Below the pieces are notes generated by a model. The model had not been told where the DNA came from. It worked only from the letters and a program-made list of their open reading frames with translations, and ran no database searches. This document shows positions 1 to 12,479 of a stretch of 64,000 nt of DNA, piece after piece. Made by a program: the position numbers and the translations under genes. How positions within the stretch are numbered: the stretch's first letter is position 1; each line of letters starts with the position of its first letter. The DNA is from Eledone cirrhosa. Its lineage: Eukaryota. The stretch covers positions 337,838,001 through 337,902,000 of the forward strand of contig OZ024740.1 in assembly GCA_964016885.1 (NCBI GenBank), written 5' to 3'.

Positions 1-942
1 GTGTCTGCGTTTTTTATTGTGGGTGATTTTGTGCTTTATTGAGTTTTTTTTTTCTTTTTGTGTTTCCTTTTTTGTATTTTGGGGATTTTGGTTTTCCCTC
101 ATCTTCACTACTGGTAGATGAGACGTCTGTGTCTGTAAGTGTGTCTGTATGTATGTTTATGGTTTTATTGGTGTGTATTTTGGGGGGAGGGGGAATTTGA
201 CAGCTTTCCTCGTTTCCCCCCTGGGTGGTCAATGTTGGTGGTGGTCTTTCTATTTGTGTTGTTGTTGGTGGTTTTGCCGGTACTGGTGTTGCCGGTGCTG
301 GTGTTTGTTTGAGAGGTCCATGTTGAAGCATGGCCTCTTTTTTGCTGCTGCCGCAGCGAAAGTGTTCTTCTTGTTTTCGTTGGAAGTGTTGTGGTCGTTG
401 TTGTTGTTCTTGTTGGTGTTGTTGTTAGCACTGTCGCTGTTATCATTGTTGTCTTTGTTGCCACCGTTGTTCTCGGTGCAGTTGGTATTGTTGCTGTTGG
501 TGTTGTCGCTATTTGTTTTCATGTTAATGGTGTTGATATTGTTGTTGTATTTGTGATTTTTTTTTTGTTATCTGTATTTTCCTTGTCGCTGTTATTGTAT
601 TTTTTTCAAAATTAGAGTTCTCATTGGTATCATTTGTGTCTTTGTTTACATTGTTTGTGGTGGTGTTTGTGTTAATTTCGGTGTAGCGCTCCTCTCAACT
701 TCCACGTTGTTGTCGCACGACAGCAGACATATCGCTGGGGGGCGTGGCTCAGCCATGTTTTTTTTTCTTCGTAAATGTTTTAACATGTAAAATATTTGGG
801 CCAAATATTATACTTTCCTCTTCACAGGGCAAAGTCTAAGGGCTTATATCCCTTACACAACAAGAAATATTTAACAACAAATAATTTTAACAGGCAAATA
901 AAGCGACTTACTGGGAGTGAGCAAAATACGTCCGCTTAGACC
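1..942 (-). mobile_element. Probable 5' end (5'UTR + start of degenerate ORF1) of an L1/Tx1-like LINE, running off the window start
   Basis: Minus-strand ATG at 756-754 (MAEPRPPAICLLSC...), then Asn/Thr-rich, 'TFAAAAAKKRP' and acidic/basic (DTDVSSTSSEDEGKPKSPKYKKG) segments in shifting frames. Sharp boundary at 942 against (AAT)n. The ORF1 assignment is an inference from composition only. Confidence 0.45.
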
Positions 943-980
<38 letters not shown>

Positions 981-981
<1 letters not shown>

Positions 982-1165
982 TGTTTCTACTTTAGGCACA
1001 AGGCTAGCAATTACCCAGTGCATTACTGGTACTTTATTTTATCGACCCGTAAGGATGAAAGGCAAAGTCAACCTCGGCGGGATTTGAACTCAGATCGTAA
1101 AGGGACGTAACTATGCTGGAAAGCATGGCGTCCGACCCTCTACCGATACTGCCAATCCACCGTCC
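981..1165 (-). mobile_element. tRNA-derived SINE family 1
   Basis: Minus strand: A-box-like TGGCAGTATCGGTAG, B-box GAGTTCAAATCC, central GCCTTTCATCCTTACGGG(G)TCGATAAAATAAAGTACCAG domain and (ATT)n tail. About 15 copies or fragments in the window. Flanked by (TAA)n. Confidence 0.9.
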
Positions 1166-1179
1166 TAATAATAATAATA

Positions 1180-3041
1180 ATGCTTTCTTTATTAAGTACA
1201 CAAAGTAAAACATTAAGGACAATACAGGACAGTACAAATGGACATTTCTGCATGTAAACAAAACAAAAACAGAAGATGTAACAAAAACGAAACAATGAAA
1301 AAATTCCCCAATAGGGGGGAGACTTCCGAGGGACATTCGTGGAGAAAGCCCATTAAAAAAGACACGGTGACCCTGACCACCAGGGCAAGTGCCCCCTCCC
1401 AGTTTTCCACCTTCAATTTACAGGCACATACTGAGAGTAGGCCCGTTCACACGGGCCATTCTTGCCTCTCTCACCCATCTTTCAACAAAATGCTGGGAAG
1501 AGAACACTTCCCTCTCTACACTGATTTTCCTTTTCAAATGAAATTTGAAAAAGTTAATCAAGGCATCACCGAAGAGGTAAGTGCTCGTCTTCAGCCCTTT
1601 CAAGCACGTCCACCATACTATCTCTTTCGCCATGGCCACCAGACAGATAAAAACTGCCTGCCCTTCCCGACTAAAGGAAGAGGGAGAGGTAATCCTCACG
1701 ATGGACTCAGCTGATAGCTGGATCCGTCCTACACGCGGCAGCAGGTGTTCGACATAAACCCACAAGTCCGCAATGCTCGGACACTGGACGAGTGCATGCA
1801 GGACGGTTTCGTCGCCCTGCGCACATCTCGGACATGCCCGGCTGACGACACTTCCATGCCTGTAGAGTTTATCCCGAACTGGCAAAGCTCCTCCGTAGCA
1901 CTGCCAGGCCAGGGATTTTTGGAATTTGTTCATAGGCCCCGGCCCGAAAGTTCTTCCGAAGAGATTGGCTAGTTGATTTTAGTTGACGCCTAGAGTTTCC
2001 CCAAGTACATCGTCGCTCTTCCCCTCTACTAATCCTCTATAGAAGCCAAGGTGGAGTTTCCACCGATCACATTGCCCGACTGGTCGAGGGCTGTGAGCGC
2101 CTGAAGACATTCTAGTCTCCAAGCGCTCCCTCTCGGTCTTCACTTGACCCAGGACTGCAGCTCCGTCAAGGAGACGAGCTGGGGAAAGACGGATCTAGCA
2201 AACGGCGACCACACCTGATCACTGTCGAGGAAGATGTGGAGATGTCGTAGTCTAAGCGCGTGTCTGCGCATCATCAGCCATGGCATGCCCAGCCCTCAAA
2301 GTAGCGGGTGTTGACAGCAGATATACCGCCTGACCATCGGAGCGCGTCCCTTCCACAAAAAGCGAAAGAGCAAACGCTCCAGCGCAGTTAAGCGGGGCTT
2401 AGGACAAGGTACGACGGTCAGGCGGTAGTAGATGACGGACGCGATATACGCATTCGCCACCTCCACTCGACCTTTCAAGGATAGCTTCCTCTCTTCCGAT
2501 TTCTGGGTGAGAGAAGTCACCCTGCTCGCCACCTCATCCCAATTTTTGTCCGTCAGACCCCTACCAATTTAACCGGTCTATCCGTCCAGCGCCTGACAAC
2601 ACTGTTGGACGGCATGGATCTGCCTCTCCAGGTGCCGAGCTGCAGGCCCACCGACTTTTCCTGGTTTGATTGCTCCTGTCACCGCTTTGTATTCTCTTAG
2701 TGTAGTGCCGCTTGCCTCAATGTGCTTGGCATTCGACACCACTATGGTGACATCGTCCGCATATGCTGACATGGATCTTCCACATCCTAGTTCGCATGCA
2801 ACCCCCTTAATGTCTCCAGTTTGTGGAGTAATGGCTCGAGAGTCAATACGTACAAGAAGGATGAAAGGAGATATCCTTGGCGGACAGAGTACATGACGTT
2901 GAGCGGTTTCGAAAGGTGACCGTTCACTCTCACCATAGAGCAGATATCGCTCTGCATAGCAGCGATCCAGTCTCTGAAGACAGGCCCAAAGCCAGCCACC
3001 CTCAGGACTGCCGCCAGATAAGTTAGACGGTTTTGTTCCAT
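1180..3041 (-). mobile_element. L1/Tx1-clade LINE, 5'-truncated ORF2 pseudogene (RT + zf-RVT) with 3'UTR
   Basis: Frame-shifted pieces VRQGYLLSSFLYVLTLEPL, SAYADDVT, LSLKGRVEVANAYIAS and CPRC...ETVLHALVQC (zf-RVT). Stop at 1418; AATAAA near 1190 followed by (ATT)n. Confidence 0.9.
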
Positions 3042-3054
3042 TTGATGCGGGAAT

Positions 3055-3300
3055 AGTTGGGAGACCGTGTCTCCTTAGTACGGAAGTGTCTCTGGCAGGG
3101 TTTTTACAGCTGGATGCCCTTCCTAACACCAACCACATTTACAGTGTGGACTGGGAGTCTTTTTACCGTGTCTCCTACACGGCCACCTTACTGTGTGGAC
3201 TGTTGTCATCGACACAGTGGACGGGACAGGAAAGGAGGATGGGGTAGAGCATGTGGGGTGGGGTGTACATTGGGTTAACAGGTGCGTACTGGCAGTCGGG
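3055..3300 (-). mobile_element. Divergent RTE 3'UTR fragment
   Basis: Shares TGGATGCCCTTCCTAACACCAACCACATTTACAGTGTGG and the hairpin modules with the RTE 3'UTRs at 38100-38400 and 45900-46200. Confidence 0.75.
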
Positions 3301-3390
3301 TCTTCTGTACAACTGCATGGCACCAAATATATCGATCCAGTGTCATTGTTTTTGAGAGGTGTAAGTGAGCAAGGTCAGAACTAATAATAA

Positions 3391-3568
3391 TTGTTTCTAC
3401 TTTTGGCACAAGGTCAGCAATTACTGGTACTTTATTTTATCGACCCCGTAAGGATGAAAAGCAAAGTTAACCTCGGCGGGATTTGAACTCAGAATGGCAA
3501 GGGCCGTAGCTCTATGCTGCAAAGCATGTTGTCCGACCCTCTACCGATACTGCCAATTCACCACCCCA
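3391..3568 (-). mobile_element. SINE family 1 with target-site duplication
   Basis: Same consensus as 981-1165; AACTAATAATAAT on both sides. Confidence 0.9.
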
Positions 3569-3698
3569 ACTAATAATAATAAAACCAAAGAAAAAAAATC
3601 AACTAGTGCATGAGCTATTATTAGCAACATGACCCTTCTCAAATATAACAATATCTGTTTCAACACGTTTTCACATGAAGAATCTTGCAAAACAAATA

Positions 3699-4175
3699 CG
3701 AGGTATGATAAAGAAGTTTTGAGACTTTTTCTTTTCTGGCACTTTTAATTGACCTATGTAATTGTCACTCTAGTACATCCTTGATATGGTTATACTAAGC
3801 TAACATGTCAAATCGTTTTTTTTTTTTTTCAAGTTGAAGGTTCTGACTGATGCAGCACTTTAAACACTGCTTGTCATAAACGTCTTGTAACAGCTGACTG
3901 GTTCCACAATGCAGTCGGGGCGTGAGGACAACTTAGAGACTAGATATGCAATAAAGTTTTGTGCTAAGCTCAGTAAAAATTCTGCAAAAACCTATATATG
4001 GTCAAAACTGCTGACAGACTAATTTTCATGAGCTGGGTGACTGTTTTTCGTTAGCACAAGAGGTTACTGGGAGGCAGGGAGCAGACGAGGGTCAATGAGA
4101 GGTGTGGCAGGGAGAGGGACATCTAGACGGCAAAGCTGGTCAACAAAATTTGCAAATTTCTGGATGAGGTTTAGT
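3699..4175 (+). mobile_element. Mariner (DD34D-type) remnant: left TIR + transposase N-terminus
   Basis: TA followed by CGAGGTATGATAAAGAAGTTTTGAGACT. From ~3909 MQSGREDNLETRYAIKFCAKLSKNSAKTY, then ...VFR*HKR...ERCGR, matching the mariner HTH region. Catalytic domain and right TIR not seen. Confidence 0.75.
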
Positions 4176-4452
4176 GGATTAGCTACTTGGAGGGTTTGGA
4201 GTTTTATTACTAATGGTTTCTAATGAGAGTTCTGTGTCTAGTACAGGCAATCTATGGTTGGGTAAATAAATAAATAAACAAGTTTATAATGAATTGAAGT
4301 GAAAACCAACAGGTGCCTGTGTTTTTATTCGCAGCATGACTTTCTCAAAGTATAACAATATCTGTTTCAACATGTTTTCAGATGAGAAATCTTGCAAAAC
4401 AAATACAAAAATGAAGCATATATATACACACACCCACATACATATATATATA

Positions 4453-5712
4453 AAGGGTGTGGACGATATTTGTTCGCAATTTTCAACTGCTAATTTTATG
4501 CAAATTTTTTTTACTTCCGTTGTTACTCTTGTCTTCATAAAAACAGTTACTATATTTCCATTATTCATTTTCAGAATAATTGATTATGAATAATTTTGAA
4601 CCTCCAAATTTGTGGAAGAGACACGGAGTTCTTCTTGAAATTCGCGCCGGGAGGACAAATAAGGAAATTTCAGACTTTCTCAGCGTCAGCAGGAGAATGG
4701 TGGAAAAGGTCAGAAAGGAAATTGGAAGATTCAGGATTCGACTACGAAGCAACATCAGAGAGGGAAACACATGATCGACAATCTGACGCCTTCAGAATGC
4801 CCGAGTTCGTCGCTGAAGTTCAGGATATCATCAACAATGAACCTAGCAAGTCGATGCGTGCCATTGCAAGGGAGAAAGGTGTGGATGAAAAGCTCATTAG
4901 GCTGGTGGTACATGAAGACATTTGTTACGCTTCATACAAGATGAGGAAAGGACAATTTCTGTCAAAGGCGATGCAAGAAAAGCGACTGAAGCACGCAAAG
5001 AAGCTGATCAACAAGTTGAAACACCACCTGGAGCCAGACATGCTGTGGTTTTTCTCCGTTGAGAAAAACTTCTGCCAAGACCAGAAGATCAACTCCCAGA
5101 ACAACAGGTGGCTTGCTGTTTCATCCAAAGACGTGCAGACAAAGTTTCCAGCGACAACATTGGTCTTAGGTGTCGTCATGCCACCTCACTTCTTCCCTGA
5201 GGGTCTCAAGCTGAACACCGATGGCTACATCCGCGTTCTGAGCGAGATAGTAAAGCTCTGGATCGACCAGGTAGCTGCAGGTAGGCCGTACATGTGGCAG
5301 CAACACTCAGTGCCCTGCCATACCAACCGAAAGACCCAAGCCTGGCTGTCAGAGAACTTCGTCGACCACACTTCACCTGACATCTGGCCTCCCAGCTCGC
5401 CTGACTGCAACCCCCTCGACATCTTTGTGTGGGGTGCAGTGGAACGAGACACCAACAGATCTAGCTGCAATAAGAAAGACGATCTGAAGGCCAGGATCAC
5501 AAGTGCCTTTAGGGGCCTAAGTCGGGGGACAGTGACGAAGGCCTGTAGCCAGTTCCGAAGCCGCTTTGAGGCCGCCATCAAAGCCAATGGCGGGTTTATC
5601 GAGTGAGATTGTAAGAACAAGTCATGAAGACAAACTGACCCAAGTTTAATAAATATATCTGTGTTAATTTTTCCTAGACATAATTTTGCGAACAAATATC
5701 GTCCGCACCCTG
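4453..5712 (+). mobile_element. Tc1/mariner DD37D (maT-type) transposon, near full length, inactive
   Basis: 27-bp TIRs at 4453-4479 and 5686-5712 (2 mismatches) with TA on both sides. Transposase from ATG 4586, with one frameshift into ORF 4596-5606. Motifs WFFSVEKNF (D1>V), WQQHSVPCH (D2>H) and WPPSSPDCNPLD, with 37 residues between the D2 and D3 positions. Confidence 0.95.
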
Positions 5713-5791
5713 TATATAGAAATATATAAAATACCCATGCAAGCGTGGAACATGGACGTTAAACGGTGATGATGATGATGATATACAAATA

Positions 5792-5835
<44 letters not shown>

Positions 5836-5849
5836 TATATATATATTTG

Positions 5850-8040
5850 AATTCCTACGTGTAAAAAATACATTTAGGGAAACAAGTATTATCCAACCAT
5901 ATGCCAATGTGGTTCTATGGCGGGTTAATAAATTAACAAGCCAGAACATATAAAATCAAGGTCTAGCAAATAGAGAAAAAGTTTTAAAATAAATTAAAAA
6001 AAATTCGCTGTACTTACTATATGTGCCTTTACCGCGGTTTCAAGCTCCAGAATAAACGAAAAATCCAAGTGGACTTCCATTGAGAAGGGAGCTACCTTCA
6101 GAAGACTCTAATTACAATAAAAAATCTAACTTAAACTCTAAAACTAACAGAAGAAATAAAACTAGAAATATTATTTGGTACTCACCCCCATTCTCATTAA
6201 GTGTTAAAACACCTTTAGCAAAGCTATTCTTTAAAGCACTAGATAAATGTTTTCCTAAAACCCATAGATACCACTCAATCTTTAACAGACATACTATAAA
6301 ACTATCCTACTCTACTACTATGAACATAGCACAAAATATAAATAGAATCAATAATAGAAATTTAAACCATAACCAAAATAGCAGTAATATCTCTAGCAAT
6401 ATCCAACATAATAGTACCATTCTGAATAACAACAACTCCGCAATATGTAACTGTAGAATTAAATTAAACTGTCCTTTACAAAATAAGTGTTTAGATAAGG
6501 ATGTGGTCTATAAATGTACAGTCAAAACCAGTGATAATATATTTAACTATGTAGGTGCAACTTCTACAGAATTTGATAAAAAAATCTTCAACTCCTCTTT
6601 CAAACCTATGGAACTTAAAATGCAAAAATATGGACTATTCTTTAACTTGGGAAATAATTTTAACGGCACCCGCGTACTCAAACACAGCTTTATCTCGATT
6701 TTGCAAATTGTGTGTTGAGGAAATTTTGTTCATACTTAAATGTAAGAACTCTATTAATATAAGGACGAATTTATTTAGTTCTTGTAGACATCGCCTGAAT
6801 TCAACATTTAGAACTATATATAAATTATAATTACACTTATAATATTTCTACTTATTTCCATAACAATCTTATCCACTTGGTTTTAATATATTGATATCTC
6901 TAAATCATATCTATAACATTTGCTATAATTTCACTTCTTAAAGTTTCTTAAAATATATACATATATAATTCTAATTTTTTAAATTTTAATTTTAATTGTA
7001 ATTTTAATCTTAATAATTTTTAATTCCTTATTTTTTATTTCTTTAATTTTTTTTATCTATTTTTAAAAATTACTTATTTTTTTAAAAATTACTTATCTCT
7101 TATAAATTATTTTTTAAAAAAATGTTCCCGAATTTTTAATATTTTTTCAATATCTTTTATTAATTCTTACTAAATATATCTTTCATCATTTATACTTATT
7201 TTGACAAAATAGTCTCATACTAACGAATAAATAAACAAAACTGGAGTTTTTTCCGTATCTTCCCATTTTAAAATATATAAATATAAATATTCTTATGAAC
7301 TCAGTTAACTTAATTTAATTTAACTTAATATTTACTTACATTAATACAAAACCAATATCCCTCATAACTCATTAAAACAATTATCTATAACACGATATAC
7401 CCATCTATGCATTTATTTATCTATTTATCTATTTATTTATTTATTTATTTATTTTTCTATCTATTTTTCTATCTATTTATTTTTCTATCTACTTATAACA
7501 GTAAATATTATATTAGAAAAGAATTTTAACAACTAATTAATCGTAAATACACGTACCATTAGATATATACTTAGAATATATTCCCCCAAATTAACTTTAT
7601 ATGAGTTTTATTCATCCTCTTGTTAATTTCTTCTCTCTATCTCTCTCGTAATATTATTTTTTCTCTCTCTCTTTCTCCAGTGTCATTTAAATAAACCGTT
7701 GTTTTTCAATTATATACATATTCATTTGCATATTCACACATAAGTTTGAATAATCCCTAATATATTTCCACTATCCAGTGAATTTCCAACCGATAAGGTA
7801 TGATTTTCATGGGTATGTCTCTATTTATAAAACAAACTTTGTTGTTTTATCTGATGAAAGCTTACCAATGTTGTCTTGGTACCCTTGAAATATATATAAT
7901 AAAATAAATATGGTTTTATAAATATAGTTTCCATTTATTTAATATCATTGAATATTTACTCCAGTAAACTGTTGAGTGCTCTAAATCAGTTATAAACATT
8001 TATGTTTGTCGGACTTCCAACAAATTAAATACAACTTCTA
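5850..8040 (+). mobile_element. Penelope-like element (Naiad-type), 3' part: RT C-terminus, GIY-YIG endonuclease, AT-rich 3' region/pLTR
   Basis: RNIIWYSPPFS...HSIFNRHTIKLSYS; CNCRIKLNCPL (CxCx5C linker); DVVY...NYVG (GIY-YIG); after a frameshift LTWEI...CKLCVEE...SCRH (6080-6830). Hammerhead at 7842-7907. Confidence 0.85.
7842..7907 (+). ncRNA. Minimal type I hammerhead ribozyme
   Basis: Stem I TTGTTTTAT/ATAAAATAA; core CTGATGA (7851-7857); stem II AAG..TACCAA/TTGGTA..CTT; GAAA (7887-7890); palindromic stem III TATATA; cleavage triplet ATA. Confidence 0.8.
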
Positions 8041-8042
8041 AT

Positions 8043-8129
8043 TATATATATATACATATATATATATATATGCATACATATAAATATACATATATATATA
8101 TGTATACATATATGTATACACATATATAT

Positions 8130-8190
<61 letters not shown>

Positions 8191-8290
8191 TTTATATAAA
8201 TATATATATGTTTATATACCCATACATATAAAGATATATATATATATACATATAAAGATATATACATATATATACATACATATATATACA

Positions 8291-8356
<66 letters not shown>

Positions 8357-8360
8357 CATA
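8043..8360. repeat. (TA)n-rich compound microsatellite
   Basis: Direct reading. Similar tracts at 5795-5850, 10080-10118, 21527-22012, 22300-22590, 53262-53418, 54484-54704 and 63510-63680. Confidence 0.95.
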
Positions 8361-10075
8361 GAGAGAGAATGTGATGCAGACAGTAACTACAGTGAATCCA
8401 TTACTTATTGATTTCTGTTGAACGTTGTATTTTACTAACAGTTGATTGATTTACTTGTATGTTGCCTCTATAAATCTCAGCATTGACTGATTTCAGTATC
8501 TTCACCTCCATCCCACACTTATCACTGTAGCACAATTACTATTGTTCTCTGTAGCCAAAGATATTTCCAAATTAAAATTCTTCACTTGGAGGCTTTAATA
8601 GCTGGAGAGAAGAACTGAAAAAAAAAATGGATAAAACCTCAAAGAGAACTACTTTATTACTGTTTTCTCTTATTATTTAATTACAATAAGTGTCAGTCAG
8701 CCTGGAACAATGAAATTTTCACTAATTGAAGCTTTTTATTTCTACTGAAAGGTCAAATGCCCAGTTGCTGGGGTCATTTACATTTTTCTACCAGTGGGTT
8801 TCTTCATTTCAACTGGTGACTTGCTGCTTCTATTGTGCTTAAAGAATAGATGGTAATGAACAAAAAGATATCTTTATCCCAATGCACTTGGTCATGTATA
8901 AATGTAGTAGAATGTAGTTTATGAGAATCAGTAACATTGTACACATCTCACGAAAAGTTTTCTTCAAAATATTTAAACATTTATCCTTGTCTGACAGAAA
9001 TGTCATAGTAACTACAACATTGCAGATATTTGATCTTCAAACGTATGTTAACAACTATTGTCTGAATGTCTTATGTTTTTAAGATATATCTGATGTTCAA
9101 AAATAAAGCATTTCACTTTGGTTTTCCAATATAGAAAGATTATATCTTTGTTTTTTTCATTCAATTTAAAGTATTCATACTTCTTTTTTCTGCAAGAAGC
9201 AATGCTTGATCCCTGAACTGTTGTTTTTCTAACTCGGATATAAAAGAATCAAATTCTATGTATTCAAAGAAAAGTTGGTCAATATATAAAACAGCAGCAA
9301 CTGATGTTGACTTATACATGCAACATGAATGGATTATACATGCTGGACGAAACTCTGAGGCAGATGGTGGTGGAAGCTGATAGGTTGTTGCTGTTTAGCT
9401 CCAAGTCATCTGTGTTCAAGTAAATCTATGATCCAAAGCATTTCAGCTGTATCATTTCTTTCTGCTTTGCAGACATAGTGTATCTAGGATTACACTATTC
9501 ACCATTGCTTTCAATTTTTAAGTTTGTGGGTGTAATTAAAAAAAGTTTTGAATGCAGATGGAACACAAGTTTATCATTACTAATCTGTGACAAACATGTT
9601 ATCTTTTCTCCACCTATTAATTTCAATAGCTTAGATTTTTTAATATGATATCTTACTTTCTTCTTCCTGCCTTTTTCCTTCATTTTTCTTCTTTTCTTTT
9701 CCTTCGTTTCATTCATGACTTTCATTCTATAGAACTTCTAATACCTTCTCCCTGACATCACATAATATTCTATATGTATTTGTCATAGCTTAATTGCTAT
9801 AAGTTATTGTTTTGTATTGTCTCTTACTCCATTGGACAGTGCTTTGGCTTGTCAGATGCTGTGATCCTAGGTGTACTAGCAGCACCGTTTGTAGGGGTTG
9901 AAACTGTGAAAGTCCATCTCAACAGACAATGACCCTGGAGTTCTGTGTCTTTCATTCGTATTTTTTATTTTCAAAAAATAATTTTTAAGGTTTCCTCTTT
10001 AAAATTATTGTTTTTTGCTTTGCCTTGTTTTCATTCGTTGTCTTGTTCTGTCTTTCTTAATTCTCCTAAATTTAT

Positions 10076-10120
<45 letters not shown>

Positions 10121-10249
10121 AGGAGGTTATAGTTCACTTGAAGCATTGTGTAATGACGTATAAACGTTTGAATATGTGTAATAAGGCCAAGACAATGCAG
10201 GTATGGACATAGAAAAAGAATGCAATAGTGAAAGATATTGATGTGAATT

Positions 10250-10450
10250 CGTCTTTCACCTTGAATTTATTTAAATGTCCTTAATTTTCGAGATAATATC
10301 TCTTCTTCGGAGGGAAGTAAAGGTCTCAAACCAGCGTCTTTAAATCTCTAGCCAAGCCATGCTGACCGGAAATAGTATAGAGTATCTGTTCTAACTCTAA
10401 TATCAAAGAATTAAAATTAGGTGAATAAAGAGTAGTCTCCCTTTAAGAGG
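10250..10450 (-). mobile_element. Possible decayed Penelope pLTR with degenerate hammerhead-like motifs
   Basis: Minus strand CCCT-CCGAAGA-A-GAGAT(ATT)ATCTC-GAAA-ATTA-AGG at 10279-10314, and a second eroded motif with a TAGAGT/ACTCTA stem at ~10340-10415. Confidence 0.4.
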
Positions 10451-10728
10451 GGTTTGTTTAGGGTTTTTTTTTTATTTTTTTTTTTTATTAATTTTATATA
10501 CGTGCCTGTATATGTGTGTGGGAGAATGCATGAAGGTGTAGGTATGTGGGTGTGTGTGTGTGAGTGTGGGAAGATAGGTCTAATCGTAAAAGTGGGGGGT
10601 AGGTGTTATCTGGTGTTAGAACTGGTTTTGTGTGTGTATGTGTGAGAGAGAATAAGTGGAGGTGTAAGCGTGTGTGTGTGTGCGCGTGCGTGTGTGTGGG
10701 GGGTGTAAAAATGGGGCTAGAGGCCCTA

Positions 10729-11100
10729 TCAGGTTATAAAAGTCAGCGAGATCGGGGACCAGAGGCCAAGGCCGCCATATCTGACAGGTAAAGTGGCCTG
10801 TTGCCATCCAATGTCATCAAACCTGACGTTGCATATCGCCTCAGCTGCCACTTGGATACAAATATCAAGGTCAGTGAGGAGAGATGCGTGGCTGTAGCAT
10901 GGAGCTCTGAAAAGGGTGAAGAGGAGCTTCAGCATGGAGAAGCAGTTCCTCAACAGGAAGAGAGCTGGGTGGCCATCAATCAAGCCCAGTCGGCTCATGA
11001 GGGTCTGGAGTTGCTGGAGCCTAGACCTGATGGTGGAGCAGATGTCCAGCGGGTGGATCGGTGACCTGAGGATGAGGACATCCTCTTTGGGGGTCACCTG
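10729..11100 (-). mobile_element. CRE-like (restriction-like-endonuclease class) non-LTR RT fragment
   Basis: HPALFLLRNCFSMLKLLFTLFRAP...WQQATLPVRYGGLGL, characteristic of the post-RT region of CRE-type elements. Confidence 0.7.
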
Positions 11101-12479
11101 TCATAAGAATTGGGAATACATGTTTAAGCATTAAAGCTTAGAATGTCATGGCAGCATTATTGAAAAGATGAGTCAGACCAGCAGTTCTCAACATTTTATG
11201 ATCATCACCCATGTAAACAAATCGACAATTTTCTGCACCTCTTCTGTAATATTTAAATTTAAAAAAAAATGTTTCCAATATCTAATAAAATGTTTAACCG
11301 AAACAACTAAGATATCAAAACTTTCAAAATCTAGAAGATGAATGTACATATTGTTGCATAATTTATGTGATTATGGAATAATGTTCTATATATTCATTCT
11401 GAAATAATGCACACTAACCTTTAAAAATTTGATGAGACAGTTGCAAATAACTTATTGGATCAAAATTAAAATCTTGAACCTAAAAATTAATCGTACCCCT
11501 TAGATAAATTCAGACCTTGAACAAGATCATTCAGATCTCCTTGTAAGGAACAAGTAACCTGGAATGCTGAATCAGAAATGTCATATTATTCCTCATTATA
11601 TGCTCCAGTTTCACTTGATTTCACCTCACTTAAAGTCACATAGGAGGATTCTTTAGGGGAAATAGAGCTTAGTCGGGAACTGGTCTTATCGCAAATGGTA
11701 GATTAAGATATTTAATTTGGATCTTGTTTTTGAGGTGATCCCTTTTGTATTATCAGTCTGTTGCAGGATCTTTGGGTTCCCGCAAACTCATTGAGCAAGT
11801 ATTTTCTACCATAGCTTTGAGCAAATCCTTGCATGCGGACTTTGGTTGATGGAAACTGTGAAAATCTGTTGGAATGGTAAATGTTCTTTTTGTTCTTAGA
11901 TGGTTGACGTGACCTGCATAAAACAAATATTTAGCCACAGGAGTTCTTTTATTGGAGTCCATTCTGTTACAGGTATTTTGAGCAGATCTCCAGTTTCAAG
12001 ATAACAAGATTCCCCAACACTGTCTTGAAGGCTTTGAAAAAGATCATGGACACCGACTTTGCTTCCCTGATATTTTGGGTGCCTAGGACAGGTTTAATTA
12101 CTTAATTCAAGCACTTCATTTAAGGAAATAGTAATTCTAAATGGATGGTATACTGTATTCTGATCACATTTAGAGAAACTTTTTAATGGGCAGTGAATTG
12201 GCATAGGACAATATGCCTTGTAGTATCTGTTTGAGCTTTCTGTCTTCTGAGTTCAAATCCCATCATGGTTAATTTTGTCGTTCATCCTTTCAGAGTTGAT
12301 AAAATAAAGTAACAAAAGTAACAGTAAGACAAATGAATTAGCAGAATTATTAGAACTTCAGCCAAGATACCTTGCAGTATTTGTACTGCTCTTCCTTCCA
12401 TGACTAAAAAGTAAAAGAAAAAGGTAATAAAACTAGGCTGCATCCCTCTTCTTTTTTTTTGTCTCCTCCTCCTCCAACT

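Noticed and set aside
6080-6830. Selenocysteine recoding, as known for some Naiad elements
   Set aside because: All conserved Cys positions visible here are ordinary Cys codons; the break at ~6580 is a deletion/frameshift, not an in-frame TGA.
11495-11560. Minus-strand peptide GDLNDLVQGLNLSK resembling a DNA-transposon protein motif
   Set aside because: Too short and decayed to assign boundaries or family.
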